DNA of 64,000 bases from Alkalispirochaeta sp. (GTDB lineage: Bacteria; Spirochaetota; Spirochaetia; DSM-27196; Alkalispirochaetaceae). The translations under genes were made by a program, and so were the position numbers. Positions within the stretch are counted from its first letter, which is position 1. The number at the start of each line of letters is the position of its first letter. This document shows positions 38,294 through 47,011 of this stretch, piece after piece. The notes below the pieces were generated by a model. It was not told where the DNA came from and did not search any database. It saw only the letters and a list, made by a program, of their open reading frames with translations. Location: assembly GCA_965601925.1 (NCBI GenBank), contig OZ271854.1, positions 832,001 through 896,000 of the forward strand, written 5' to 3'.

Positions 38294-39280
38294 CTAAGAC
38301 TCCAGCGTAAAGACTTCCGTCGCGTAGAGCGACACCGTATCGCCGATATGATATCCCTCTCGGGCGGCGCGAACCGTCGCGTCCCAATCTCTGAAGGCGA
38401 CAATATAATGAGCGTTTCCCCCTACGAGTCGCAGGTCCGTTATCGTCCCCGGGCCGTCCTCTTCCGACCTGAGGTCGAACGACTCAGCCCGGGCGCACAC
38501 CAGACGCGACGCGACCATGTCGGAGCGTAGTGAGGTCAGCGTATCGTAAAGGTGCTCGGGTATAATATTGACGGGGCCGAACATACGAGCGACCTCCAGA
38601 TCGTGAGGATGAAAGTAGACCTCATGAAAACTCGCGATCTGCCGGAGCCGTCCCTCGATGATGACGCCGATTCTGTCGGATATCTCACTGGTCTCCTCCA
38701 AATCGTGGGAGACGACCACCGTGGTAACGCCCAGATCCTGCTGCAATGAACGAATGAACTGCGCCGTTTCGCGCTTGAGATTCTTATCAAGATTGGCAAA
38801 CGGCTCGTCGAGGAGGAGGAGCGCCGGCTCCATCACCAGTGCTCGCGCCAGAGCGACGCGCTGTCGCTGCCCGCCGGATAGTTGACCCGGCCAGTGGTCG
38901 GCCCTATCGGCAATACCCAACTGATCGAGATAGCGCATGACTCGCTCGCGTATCTCCACGCGAGTGGCGCGACAACGCCGACGTCGCGACCGCAAGCCGA
39001 ACGCGACGTTATCGAACACGGTCATATGGGGAAACAGGAGATAATCCTGGAATACGAGAATGGCGGGGTGATCTCGCGTGATCGCCTTTTCGTAGCGTAT
39101 CGATCCCGAGGACGGCGCCTCCAAGCCGGCGAGCATTCGTAGGAGCGTCGTCTTTCCGGCTCCGGACGGACCCACGAGGGAGAGGAGCTCGCCGCGCTTG
39201 ACGCCGAAACTGACCGACTCAAGGGCGGCAAATGCGCCGAAGCGCTTCGAGATAGCTTGAAGCTGCACATATTCACCCAT
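38294..39280 (-). CDS. ABC transporter ATP-binding protein (YnjD/PotA-like)
   Basis: GPSGAGKT, FQD.LLFPH, LSGGQ, LLLDEPF; TOBE-like tail; alternative TTG start at 39301. Confidence 0.92.
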   Translation of the reverse strand: MGEYVQLQAISKRFGAFAALESVSFGVKRGELLSLVGPSGAGKTTLLRMLAGLEAPSSGSIRYEKAITRDHPAILVFQDYLLFPHMTVFDNVAFGLRSRRRRCRATRVEIRERVMRYLDQLGIADRADHWPGQLSGGQRQRVALARALVMEPALLLLDEPFANLDKNLKRETAQFIRSLQQDLGVTTVVVSHDLEETSEISDRIGVIIEGRLRQIASFHEVYFHPHDLEVARMFGPVNIIPEHLYDTLTSLRSDMVASRLVCARAESFDLRSEEDGPGTITDLRLVGGNAHYIVAFRDWDATVRAAREGYHIGDTVSLYATEVFTLES

Positions 39281-39334
39281 TACGTGCTGAAATATCCTCA
39301 ATAACGGTTTAGTTTGTCCACATGAGAAGTCAGG

Positions 39335-39973
39335 ATGCTTGATCGAGTTACACGAGACCTCAAAGACCGGGCGCTGGACTCGTTCGTACGGTTCGTGCCC
39401 AAACGCGTCTCACCCACGGCCGTGACGGTCGCGTCTCTCCCCGTCGGTCTCGCCTCGGCGGTGAGTGCCGCCTACGGGTTGTGGTGGTGGGCGGTTGCGC
39501 TTTTCTGGGTCAATCGGCTCATGGACGGGCTGGACGGACTGATCGCCCGTTCCCGAAATCTTCAATCCGACGTCGGCGGCTACCTCGATATTATGGTCGA
39601 CTTCGTCGTGTACGCGACGATTCCGATCGGTGTGTGGCTCGGTCGCGGCGGGGGAGTGTCCGGCCGAGCGGCCCCTGCATGGCCCCTCGTGACGCTTCTG
39701 GCGGTGTTTTACGTCAACGGCGCGTCGTGGATGTATCTCTCGGCGCTCATCGAAAAACGGCGTCGCGAGTCGGCGGCGCCGGAGGCCGAGGAGAAACAAT
39801 CGATCACCAGCGTCGTCATGCCGACGGGGTTAATAGAAGGTACCGAGACGGTCGTGTTCTATACTCTTTTTTTCCTGTTTCCCGGGCAATATGCGCCTCT
39901 ATTCACGATCATGTCGGCGGCGACCCTCGTCGGAGTAGTCCAACGGATAGTGTGGGCTCGCCGCACACTGTAG
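39335..39973 (+). CDS. ynjF: CDP-alcohol phosphatidyltransferase family, YnjF-like
   Basis: NRLMDGLDGLIAR...GGYLDIMVDFVVY signature; GLIEGTET. Confidence 0.88.
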   Translation: MLDRVTRDLKDRALDSFVRFVPKRVSPTAVTVASLPVGLASAVSAAYGLWWWAVALFWVNRLMDGLDGLIARSRNLQSDVGGYLDIMVDFVVYATIPIGVWLGRGGGVSGRAAPAWPLVTLLAVFYVNGASWMYLSALIEKRRRESAAPEAEEKQSITSVVMPTGLIEGTETVVFYTLFFLFPGQYAPLFTIMSAATLVGVVQRIVWARRTL

Positions 39974-39975
39974 CG

Positions 39976-40791
39976 CTACCGTCCGATCGCGTCCCGCAGC
40001 CCCTCGCCCAGAAGATTGACCGACAAGACGCTCATCATGATCATCGCTCCCGGAAAGACCGCGAGCCACCACGCCTCGGGCAGATACTGCCGGGAGGAGG
40101 CCAACATCATGCCCCAATCGGCCGTCGGGGGTTGCGTCCCCAATCCGAGAAAACTTAGGCTCGCGGTCGCCAGAATCGCATAACCGATGTTGAGCGTGCT
40201 TTGTACGACGAGCGGGGTCATGACGTTGGGCAACAGATGGCGCCACATGATTCCACCTCTGCTCGCCCCGGCGACGACGGCGGCGGAGACAAAGTCGGCC
40301 TCCCTCACCGACAACACCTGCCCACGAGTCATTCTCGCGTATCCCGGAATACTCACCACCGCCACCGCCAGCATGGCATTGAGGAGTCCAGGCCCCAGAC
40401 TCCCTACGACCGCCAGGGCCAAAAAGAGCGCCGGGAAGGCGAGCAGCACATCCATGACGCGCATAATCGCAAGGTCCCATCGCCCCCCCAGGAACCCGGC
40501 GACGAGTCCGGCGGCGATACCGATCACGGCACCGATCGCGACCGGTATGACGCCGGCGGCCAGACTTATCCGGCCGCCGTGGAGGACGCGGGCCACCATA
40601 TCCCGACCGAACTCATCGGTCCCCAGAGGATACCCGGGCCCGGGCGGCTCCAGACGCCGGGTCCAGTCTTGAGCCGCGGGATCGTACGGAGAAACGAGCT
40701 CCGCGGCGAGGGAGAGCACCGCCAATACGACGATTCCCATCGCACCGGTGACCGCGCCGCGGTGGCGTACAAAGCGCTTCCAAACGATCAT
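39976..40791 (-). CDS. peptide/nickel ABC permease (DppC/OppC-type)
   Basis: LGTDEFGRD, RHLLPN, LSFLGLG.QPP.ADWG.M. Confidence 0.93.
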   Translation of the reverse strand: MIVWKRFVRHRGAVTGAMGIVVLAVLSLAAELVSPYDPAAQDWTRRLEPPGPGYPLGTDEFGRDMVARVLHGGRISLAAGVIPVAIGAVIGIAAGLVAGFLGGRWDLAIMRVMDVLLAFPALFLALAVVGSLGPGLLNAMLAVAVVSIPGYARMTRGQVLSVREADFVSAAVVAGASRGGIMWRHLLPNVMTPLVVQSTLNIGYAILATASLSFLGLGTQPPTADWGMMLASSRQYLPEAWWLAVFPGAMIMMSVLSVNLLGEGLRDAIGR

Positions 40792-40800
40792 TGCCGCACC

Positions 40801-41730
40801 TTAGCGATACCTGATGCGGGGATCCACGGCGACGTACAGCACATCAACCACAAGATTTACCAGATTGAACACGACGGCGATCCAGAGAATCGCTCCCTGG
40901 ATCATCGGTAAGTCGCGCGCCTGAATCGCATCCACGGTAAGACGTCCGAGACCCGGAAGGCCGAAGATCGTCTCCACCACGACGGCACCGCCGAGGAGAG
41001 AGCCGAACTGAAGTCCGACGGTGGTGAGTACGGGAATCATGGTCCCGCGTAGCGCGTGGCGCCCCACCACGACGAGCTCTCGCAACCCTTTGGCGCGCGC
41101 CGTGCGCACGTAGTCCTCTCCCAACTGTTCCATGAGAGCCGACCGCGTCATGCGGGCGATGAACGCGACGCTTGCGAAGGCGATCGTCGCCGCCGGCAGG
41201 ACCATATGGCGCCAGGTGCCGCTCCCCGACGGCGGTAACCAGCGTAGATTGAGCGAGAACGCCTGCATCAGGAGAATACCGAGCCAAAACACCGGCATGG
41301 AGACGCCCATCAACACGACACCCATCACCGCGATATCGGGCCACCGCCTCGCTCGCAGCGCGGCAACGACACCGGCCGGAACGCCCACGAGCACCGCGAT
41401 CAGCAACGAGATCGCCGCCAATCGCGCGGTAAACGGGAAACGGGAGGCAATTTCTTCCAGTACCGGCCGCCCGGTACGAAACGAACGGCCCAAGTCACCG
41501 CGCGTCGCGCGGGATAGGAAGGCGACGTATTGTACGTACCACGGCCTATCCAGTCCCAACTGCTCGCGAATGCGTTCCACTTCCTCGGCGGATATGCCCT
41601 GTCCCGCCTCGCCCAACATCGCACGAACCGAGTCGCCCGGTGTGAGATGAAAGATCAAGAACACCAGGAACGATACGCCGACGAGAACGGGTACGAACAA
41701 TACGAGGCGACGAACGATATACGCCGGCAT
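40801..41730 (-). CDS. peptide/nickel ABC permease (DppB/OppB-type)
   Basis: GDLGRS, DYVRTARAKGL, ETIF.LPGLG, DPRIR. Confidence 0.93.
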   Translation of the reverse strand: MPAYIVRRLVLFVPVLVGVSFLVFLIFHLTPGDSVRAMLGEAGQGISAEEVERIREQLGLDRPWYVQYVAFLSRATRGDLGRSFRTGRPVLEEIASRFPFTARLAAISLLIAVLVGVPAGVVAALRARRWPDIAVMGVVLMGVSMPVFWLGILLMQAFSLNLRWLPPSGSGTWRHMVLPAATIAFASVAFIARMTRSALMEQLGEDYVRTARAKGLRELVVVGRHALRGTMIPVLTTVGLQFGSLLGGAVVVETIFGLPGLGRLTVDAIQARDLPMIQGAILWIAVVFNLVNLVVDVLYVAVDPRIRYR

Positions 41731-41742
41731 CGGCTGCGACCG

Positions 41743-43269
41743 CTATTCGATACGCGCGTCGCGTAGATCGAGAGAAATGGGAGAAAACCCGTACGCCTCT
41801 CCGACGAGCCGATCATTCTTTGCGTACGACGAGAGCGGGTAATAGAGCGTCAGATACGGGACGTCCCGCACCACCGCCTCGTGGACCCGCGCGTAGAGCT
41901 CACGTCGTTCCTGAGCGTCTCCCGCGGCACGCGCCTCCTCCAACATTCGATCGACCTCGTCGTTCGCATAAAGCGATCGGTTATCCGCATCGTGCTGAGC
42001 GGAGTGTAACAACGCATAGAGCGTATAGTCGGCGTCCAGCGTTACCGTTCCCCACGTGGTGAGCCACAAGTCGTGGTCGCTCGCCGAGGTCGCCGCGGCA
42101 AACGCGCCATAGTCGGTGATCTCGGCCTCGACCGCAATCCCGACGTCCGCGAGTTGCGCCTGAATGGCGGTGGCGAGCTGACGCGTTTCCGCCCGTTCGA
42201 ACGTATTGAGCGCGATGGTCAGCGGCAGCTCGACGCCGGCATCTTCCAGGAGCCTGCGCGCTCGGTCGGGATCGAAGGGAATCGCCTCCGCATCGGTCTG
42301 CGATCCGAACACGGTGTCGGGGATCATGGCGACCGCAGGCAGCGCCATACCCTCACGCAAATTGTCGATAATTCCCTGCCGATCTATGGCGAGAGCGATA
42401 GCCCGACGCACCCGTTCGTCGGCGAGAGGTCCCCGAAGCGTGTTGTATCCGAGGTAAACCGATCCCCATCCGAGAAACCGTTCGGCGCTCAACTCCGGAT
42501 CGTCATCGATCGAGGCAAATCGCTCGGGCGGTACGTCGGAAACGAGGTCGACCGTCCCCGTCTGAAGCGCCACCAACTGCGTTCCCGTCTCCGGGATAAC
42601 CTGAAATGTGATGTTCCGAATCGTCGGCGCTCCGCCCCAATACTCGACGTTGGCGCGTAGACGAAGATCGGTATTGCTCGATCGACTCTCAAAGACGAAC
42701 GGACCGGTACCGACGGGATCGACTCCCAAGTCGCCGGCGGCGGCCGCGGGACTGACGATCGCCGTCACCGGATGGGACAGATGGGCCGGAAGGGGCGCGA
42801 AGGGGCGATCGGTAACGATACGTATCGTTCGCTCGTCGATGACGCTCACCTCCTCCACCATCGTGAGAATGAATGAGCCGATCGCCCGCGTCTCGGGGTT
42901 CAAAAGACGATCGATACTGAATCTGACCGCCTCGGCATCGAAGGCCGTGCCGTCGTGAAACCGCACCCCGTCGCGAAGCGTGAACTCCCACGTCGTATCG
43001 TCGATCGCACTCCACGATTCGGCCAACTCCGGCTCCAACGTTCCGTCCGGAGCGCGGTGGACCAACGTCTCGTATATCTGATTCGTAACGGTGAAGACGA
43101 AACCGTTGAAGGATCGGTGCGGATCCAAAGTAGACGGGTCGCCGCCGAGCGCGATGGTAACCGTCTGCTGCCGCACCTCATCGCTCTCGGAGGTCCCGGA
43201 CGCCCGGACGCCCGCTCCCGCCGTAATCAGCAAAACGACGATCAATGCACTTCGAATACATCTCTCCAT
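41743..43269 (-). CDS. ABC substrate-binding protein, family 5 (DppA/GsiB-like)
   Basis: TLDPH, LAESW, LRDGVRFHDG, PVGTGPF, VRRAIALAIDR; ATG 43269; signal VRA-SGTSE. Confidence 0.92.
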   Translation of the reverse strand: MERCIRSALIVVLLITAGAGVRASGTSESDEVRQQTVTIALGGDPSTLDPHRSFNGFVFTVTNQIYETLVHRAPDGTLEPELAESWSAIDDTTWEFTLRDGVRFHDGTAFDAEAVRFSIDRLLNPETRAIGSFILTMVEEVSVIDERTIRIVTDRPFAPLPAHLSHPVTAIVSPAAAAGDLGVDPVGTGPFVFESRSSNTDLRLRANVEYWGGAPTIRNITFQVIPETGTQLVALQTGTVDLVSDVPPERFASIDDDPELSAERFLGWGSVYLGYNTLRGPLADERVRRAIALAIDRQGIIDNLREGMALPAVAMIPDTVFGSQTDAEAIPFDPDRARRLLEDAGVELPLTIALNTFERAETRQLATAIQAQLADVGIAVEAEITDYGAFAAATSASDHDLWLTTWGTVTLDADYTLYALLHSAQHDADNRSLYANDEVDRMLEEARAAGDAQERRELYARVHEAVVRDVPYLTLYYPLSSYAKNDRLVGEAYGFSPISLDLRDARIE

Positions 43270-43345
43270 GTCGGTACCCCCTGAATGAATGTTGTATTGC
43301 AGACCGAACGACATCTGCAATACGAACCGCCCCGTCGGCGCGTGT

Positions 43346-44584
43346 CTACGCCGACTCGATCGAGACTTTAATCGGGCCCACCAGCGTACGGTGCACCGGA
43401 CAACGATGGGCGATCTCCACAAGGCGCGCCCGCTGGTCGTCGTCCAACGCGCCGCGGAGCGCCAACGACACCCGAATATGCGTCCCCTGGCCCCGCGTTT
43501 CTCGAGCCCACTCGGCGGGAAACCCGAGTTCTTCGGCGGCGTGCCTACTATACTTAAGGTGTGTCGTTACCTCCTCCAACGGCCACTCCTTCCGATCCGC
43601 GTACATTCGTACCGTCATAACGGTGCATGCGGCGAGTCCCCACAGGAGATAGTCGAACGGCGTTCCGCCGAGGTCACCACCGCCGGCATCGGACGGTTCA
43701 TCGGCCAGCTGGTGGTGCCGACCGTCGGATAGCGTCACCCGATAGTGATCGCGCCCGATCCGTCCCGTGACGTTCCAGCCCTCGGCGGGTTCGACGAACC
43801 CGTCGCTCGACGGTGCAGGGGCGGGCAAAAACGAGTCCGCCCACGCCGCCAGGACGCGCGCAACGTGACGTGCGTCGCGCGCATTCGACAACAGATGATC
43901 GGCCCGATCGAGAGAGACGAAACTTTTGGGATGGCGTACGGCGGTGTATATGTCCTGCGCGTTGGAGATATCGACTACGTTGTCGATCGGACTATGAAAT
44001 ATGAGAACGCGCGTGCGGAGCTCGCCGAGCCACGTCGACGGCGGATGCGCTCGAAGATCGTCGATAAACTCCTTCCGTATGGAGAACGGGCGACCACCGA
44101 TCGAGACGCGCGCCTCCCCGGTGCGCTCTATCTCTTCGACCTCACAGGTAAACAGCTTCGTAACGTGCACCGGATCCGCGGGCGCCCCGATCGTTGCGAT
44201 ACCCTCGACGCCGTCTATCTTGCGTGCGGCAAAGAGCGTCGCGGTTCCTCCGAGGGAGTGACCGATCATGATCGCGGGCGACGAACCGTACTCGGCCTTC
44301 ATAAATGCGGCCGCAGCGACCAAGTCGGCGGCTTGGGAAGAGAAGGTCGTCTCCGAAAACGATCCTTCGCTCTCTCCCAGACCGGCAAAGTCGAAACTGA
44401 GTACCGCAATCCCCTCGTCGGCAAGTGAGCGCGCGATACGTCTGACTGCGAGCAGGTTCTTGGTGCACGTGAAGCAGTGGGCGAACAACGCCCATGCGCG
44501 CGGCGGGCCGTCCGCCGGAACGTCGACTTTGGCGGCAAGCGCCTCTCCCCGATCATTGAGAAAACGTACCGTTGTCCCCTGCAT
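43346..44584 (-). CDS. bifunctional alpha/beta hydrolase / OsmC-family protein
   Basis: FAHCFTC, GHSLGG, ADHLL; OsmC part ADEP...GG...LAACT...MYA.RK.W...CPVHRTL. Confidence 0.93.
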   Translation of the reverse strand: MQGTTVRFLNDRGEALAAKVDVPADGPPRAWALFAHCFTCTKNLLAVRRIARSLADEGIAVLSFDFAGLGESEGSFSETTFSSQAADLVAAAAFMKAEYGSSPAIMIGHSLGGTATLFAARKIDGVEGIATIGAPADPVHVTKLFTCEVEEIERTGEARVSIGGRPFSIRKEFIDDLRAHPPSTWLGELRTRVLIFHSPIDNVVDISNAQDIYTAVRHPKSFVSLDRADHLLSNARDARHVARVLAAWADSFLPAPAPSSDGFVEPAEGWNVTGRIGRDHYRVTLSDGRHHQLADEPSDAGGGDLGGTPFDYLLWGLAACTVMTVRMYADRKEWPLEEVTTHLKYSRHAAEELGFPAEWARETRGQGTHIRVSLALRGALDDDQRARLVEIAHRCPVHRTLVGPIKVSIESA

Positions 44585-44694
44585 TCGGATCCTCCGATTT
44601 CACGAGTACATTACGTTCACCCTCAATGTACTATTGCGGGCCGCCGACGGTCGATTAGTTGACGATACAAGTAATCGTGATAACTTTATGCTCC

Positions 44695-45504
44695 ATGAAA
44701 TGCGCACGTATTCATGGCGTCTTTGGGGTGGTTTTGGCGGGTCTCCTTGTTCCGGCGGCGCTCACGGCCGCACCGCAAGCCGAACTATGGCCGCGCTGGG
44801 AATCTCACGATCCGACGAGCACCATCGTGGTGGATCACGACCTGTGGCAGGAGTTCATCGACGAGTACATCGTTACCGACCATCCCACGGGGGTCGTCCG
44901 GGTCGACTATGCCGCAGTGACCGACGGCGACCGCCGGGACCTCCAGGCATACATCCGGGCGATGGAGGCCGTTCCGGTCGACGACCTCTCGCGGAACGAG
45001 CAACTTCCCTATTGGCTCAATCTATACAATGCGATAACCGTGGAGCTGATCCTGGAACACTATCCTTTGGATAGCATACGCGATATCAACCGTCCTTGGG
45101 ATACGCCGATCGCTACGGTGGAGGGTATCGAGGTCACGCTCAACGATATCGAGCATCGCATCATTCGGCCGATATGGATGGATCCGCGCATTCACTACGT
45201 TATCAACTGCGCGAGTTACGGCTGTCCCGATCTCTACCCTGTGGCGCTCACAGGGGATAACATCGACGGGATCATGGACCGCGCCGCAAGAATGTATCTC
45301 GCCCACCCCCGCGGCGTACGGTTCGAGGGAAATCGCCTGATCCTATCGAGCATTTTCGACTGGTTTCAGCCCGACTTCGGCACCGACGAGGAGGAGGTGC
45401 TCGCTCACATCGCGCAGTACGCACCGGCCGAGGTATCCTCGCGGTTTTCCCAGCGGAGGGGACGCATCCGGTACGAATACGATTGGGCGCTCAACAGCCC
45501 GTAA
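44695..45504 (+). CDS. exported DUF547-domain protein
   Basis: YWLNLYNA, LNDIEH.IIR, DPRIHYVINCASYGCP, SSIFDWF..DF, YDWALN. Confidence 0.93.
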   Translation: MKCARIHGVFGVVLAGLLVPAALTAAPQAELWPRWESHDPTSTIVVDHDLWQEFIDEYIVTDHPTGVVRVDYAAVTDGDRRDLQAYIRAMEAVPVDDLSRNEQLPYWLNLYNAITVELILEHYPLDSIRDINRPWDTPIATVEGIEVTLNDIEHRIIRPIWMDPRIHYVINCASYGCPDLYPVALTGDNIDGIMDRAARMYLAHPRGVRFEGNRLILSSIFDWFQPDFGTDEEEVLAHIAQYAPAEVSSRFSQRRGRIRYEYDWALNSP

Positions 45505-45740
45505 ACCGAACGACCGCTTCGGCGTCCCGTTGTTGACGAGACGCCCCCTACCTACCTTATACCATTCCGGGTACCGAAACGGATGGTGGATAATTGCCGC
45601 CCTTCGATATATCATAGAGGCGGCGGACCGTTGCCGGGACGTTCGATTACACGCTCCGGCTCGGCTTCGGTCAGCCTCTTCACGTGTGGCTTGTCTTTCT
45701 CTGATTATTTCAGTTAGGTTTATCGTAGGGGGTAGTGACT

Positions 45741-46208
45741 ATGCTTGCACATGCAATTGATAAGAAGAAACGGACCGTATACAGCCCCAGTGATTTCGCC
45801 GATATCCACAGCATCTGCATCGCGACCAATATCGGAAAGGCGAACAGGATCGTCAGTAGAATCTATGAAGAGGCGTTCCGCGAGGTCGGTATATCGTCGC
45901 CGCAGTTTGCGCTTTTGGTCGCGTTGGTCATCAGTCCCGGATCAACCTCCAGCGAAATCGCAGAGACTCTGGGCTCGGACCCGAGCACGGTATCCCGAAA
46001 TACCGAGCTCCTCGTCAAACGCGGTCTCATTTCAGTAAAGCCCGGCGTCGACCGGCGAGTACGTACGTTTTCGCTTACCGAACACGGCGAGCATACGATC
46101 CAATGCTGCGTTCCGCGGTGGAAACGGGCGCAACGCGCGGCACTGCGCAAGATCGGCCGCTCTCACTGGCGGGACATTCGGCGAAGCTTGAGACGCCTCG
46201 CCGGCTGA
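45741..46208 (+). CDS. MarR-family regulator
   Basis: CIA.NI.KA.R....Y, QFALL, DPSTVSR, DRRVR..SLT..G. Confidence 0.9.
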   Translation: MLAHAIDKKKRTVYSPSDFADIHSICIATNIGKANRIVSRIYEEAFREVGISSPQFALLVALVISPGSTSSEIAETLGSDPSTVSRNTELLVKRGLISVKPGVDRRVRTFSLTEHGEHTIQCCVPRWKRAQRAALRKIGRSHWRDIRRSLRRLAG

Positions 46209-46215
46209 ATATCCG

Positions 46216-46263
46216 TTGCATTTACAAACAATTATTGACGACGGCGTGTCTCCGCGGTAGCTT
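46216..46263 (+). promoter_or_regulatory. sigma70 promoter (leaderless) with upstream TTGCA-N2-TRCAA dyad
   Basis: TTGACG (46235)-17-TAGCTT (46258), ATG at 46271; TTGCATTTACAA at 46216 resembles TTGCACATGCAA at 45745. Confidence 0.55.
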
Positions 46264-46270
46264 TCTGGCC

Positions 46271-47011
46271 ATGAGACCTGGAAATATTGTGCGTTTCGCG
46301 CTTATCGCCGCCATAGTCGTTCTGGCGATTGTCCTGGGAGTTCGATTCGATGTGCAGTCAATACTCCGCGATCTGCTCGGCTGGGTCGAATCACAAGGGT
46401 TCACCGGGGTGTTGGTCTTCATTGCGGTCTACATTTTTGCAACGGTGTTCTTCATTCCCGGCAGCATTTTGACCCTCGGCGCGGGCGCGGTCTTCGGCGT
46501 CGGCGCGGGCACCGCGTGGGTATCCGCCGCGTCAACGCTGGGCGCCTTTGCGGCATTTCTCACCGGGCGCTACATCGCACGTGGATGGGTCGCCGCCAAG
46601 ATCGACGACAATCCGCGCTTCGCGGCGATCGATACGGCGGTCGGTCGCGAGGGGTGGAAGATCGTTCTCCTCACGCGACTCTCACCGATTTTCCCCTTTA
46701 ACCTACTCAACTACGCGTACGGCCTCACGGCGGTTTCCGCATCGTCGTATTTCTTTGCATCGTGGATAGGAATGCTTCCGGGAACGGTCATGTACGTGTA
46801 TATCGGCTCGTTGGCGGCAAATCTCGCGACGCTCGGCAGCGCTTCGGGAGAACGCGATATGGTGCAATGGATTCTATACGGTGTCGGACTCGTGGCCACG
46901 ATTGCGGTGACGCTATTCGTAACGCGTGTCGCCAGACGAGCGTTGAAAACGGCCATCGACGACACGCCCGATACACCCACTACGCACGGCAACCAGGAGG
47001 TAGAGTCATGA
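46271..47011 (+). CDS. TVP38/TMEM64 (VTT/DedA) membrane protein
   Basis: IPGSILTLGAGAVFG, GRY.AR, LTRLSPIFPFNLLNYAYGLT, GMLPGT. Confidence 0.93.
   Translation: MRPGNIVRFALIAAIVVLAIVLGVRFDVQSILRDLLGWVESQGFTGVLVFIAVYIFATVFFIPGSILTLGAGAVFGVGAGTAWVSAASTLGAFAAFLTGRYIARGWVAAKIDDNPRFAAIDTAVGREGWKIVLLTRLSPIFPFNLLNYAYGLTAVSASSYFFASWIGMLPGTVMYVYIGSLAANLATLGSASGERDMVQWILYGVGLVATIAVTLFVTRVARRALKTAIDDTPDTPTTHGNQEVES

Noticed and set aside
45505..45740. Small RNA in the DUF547-MarR spacer (two imperfect hairpins)
   Set aside because: Stems are short and imperfect, with no known-family motif and no clear promoter/terminator pair.
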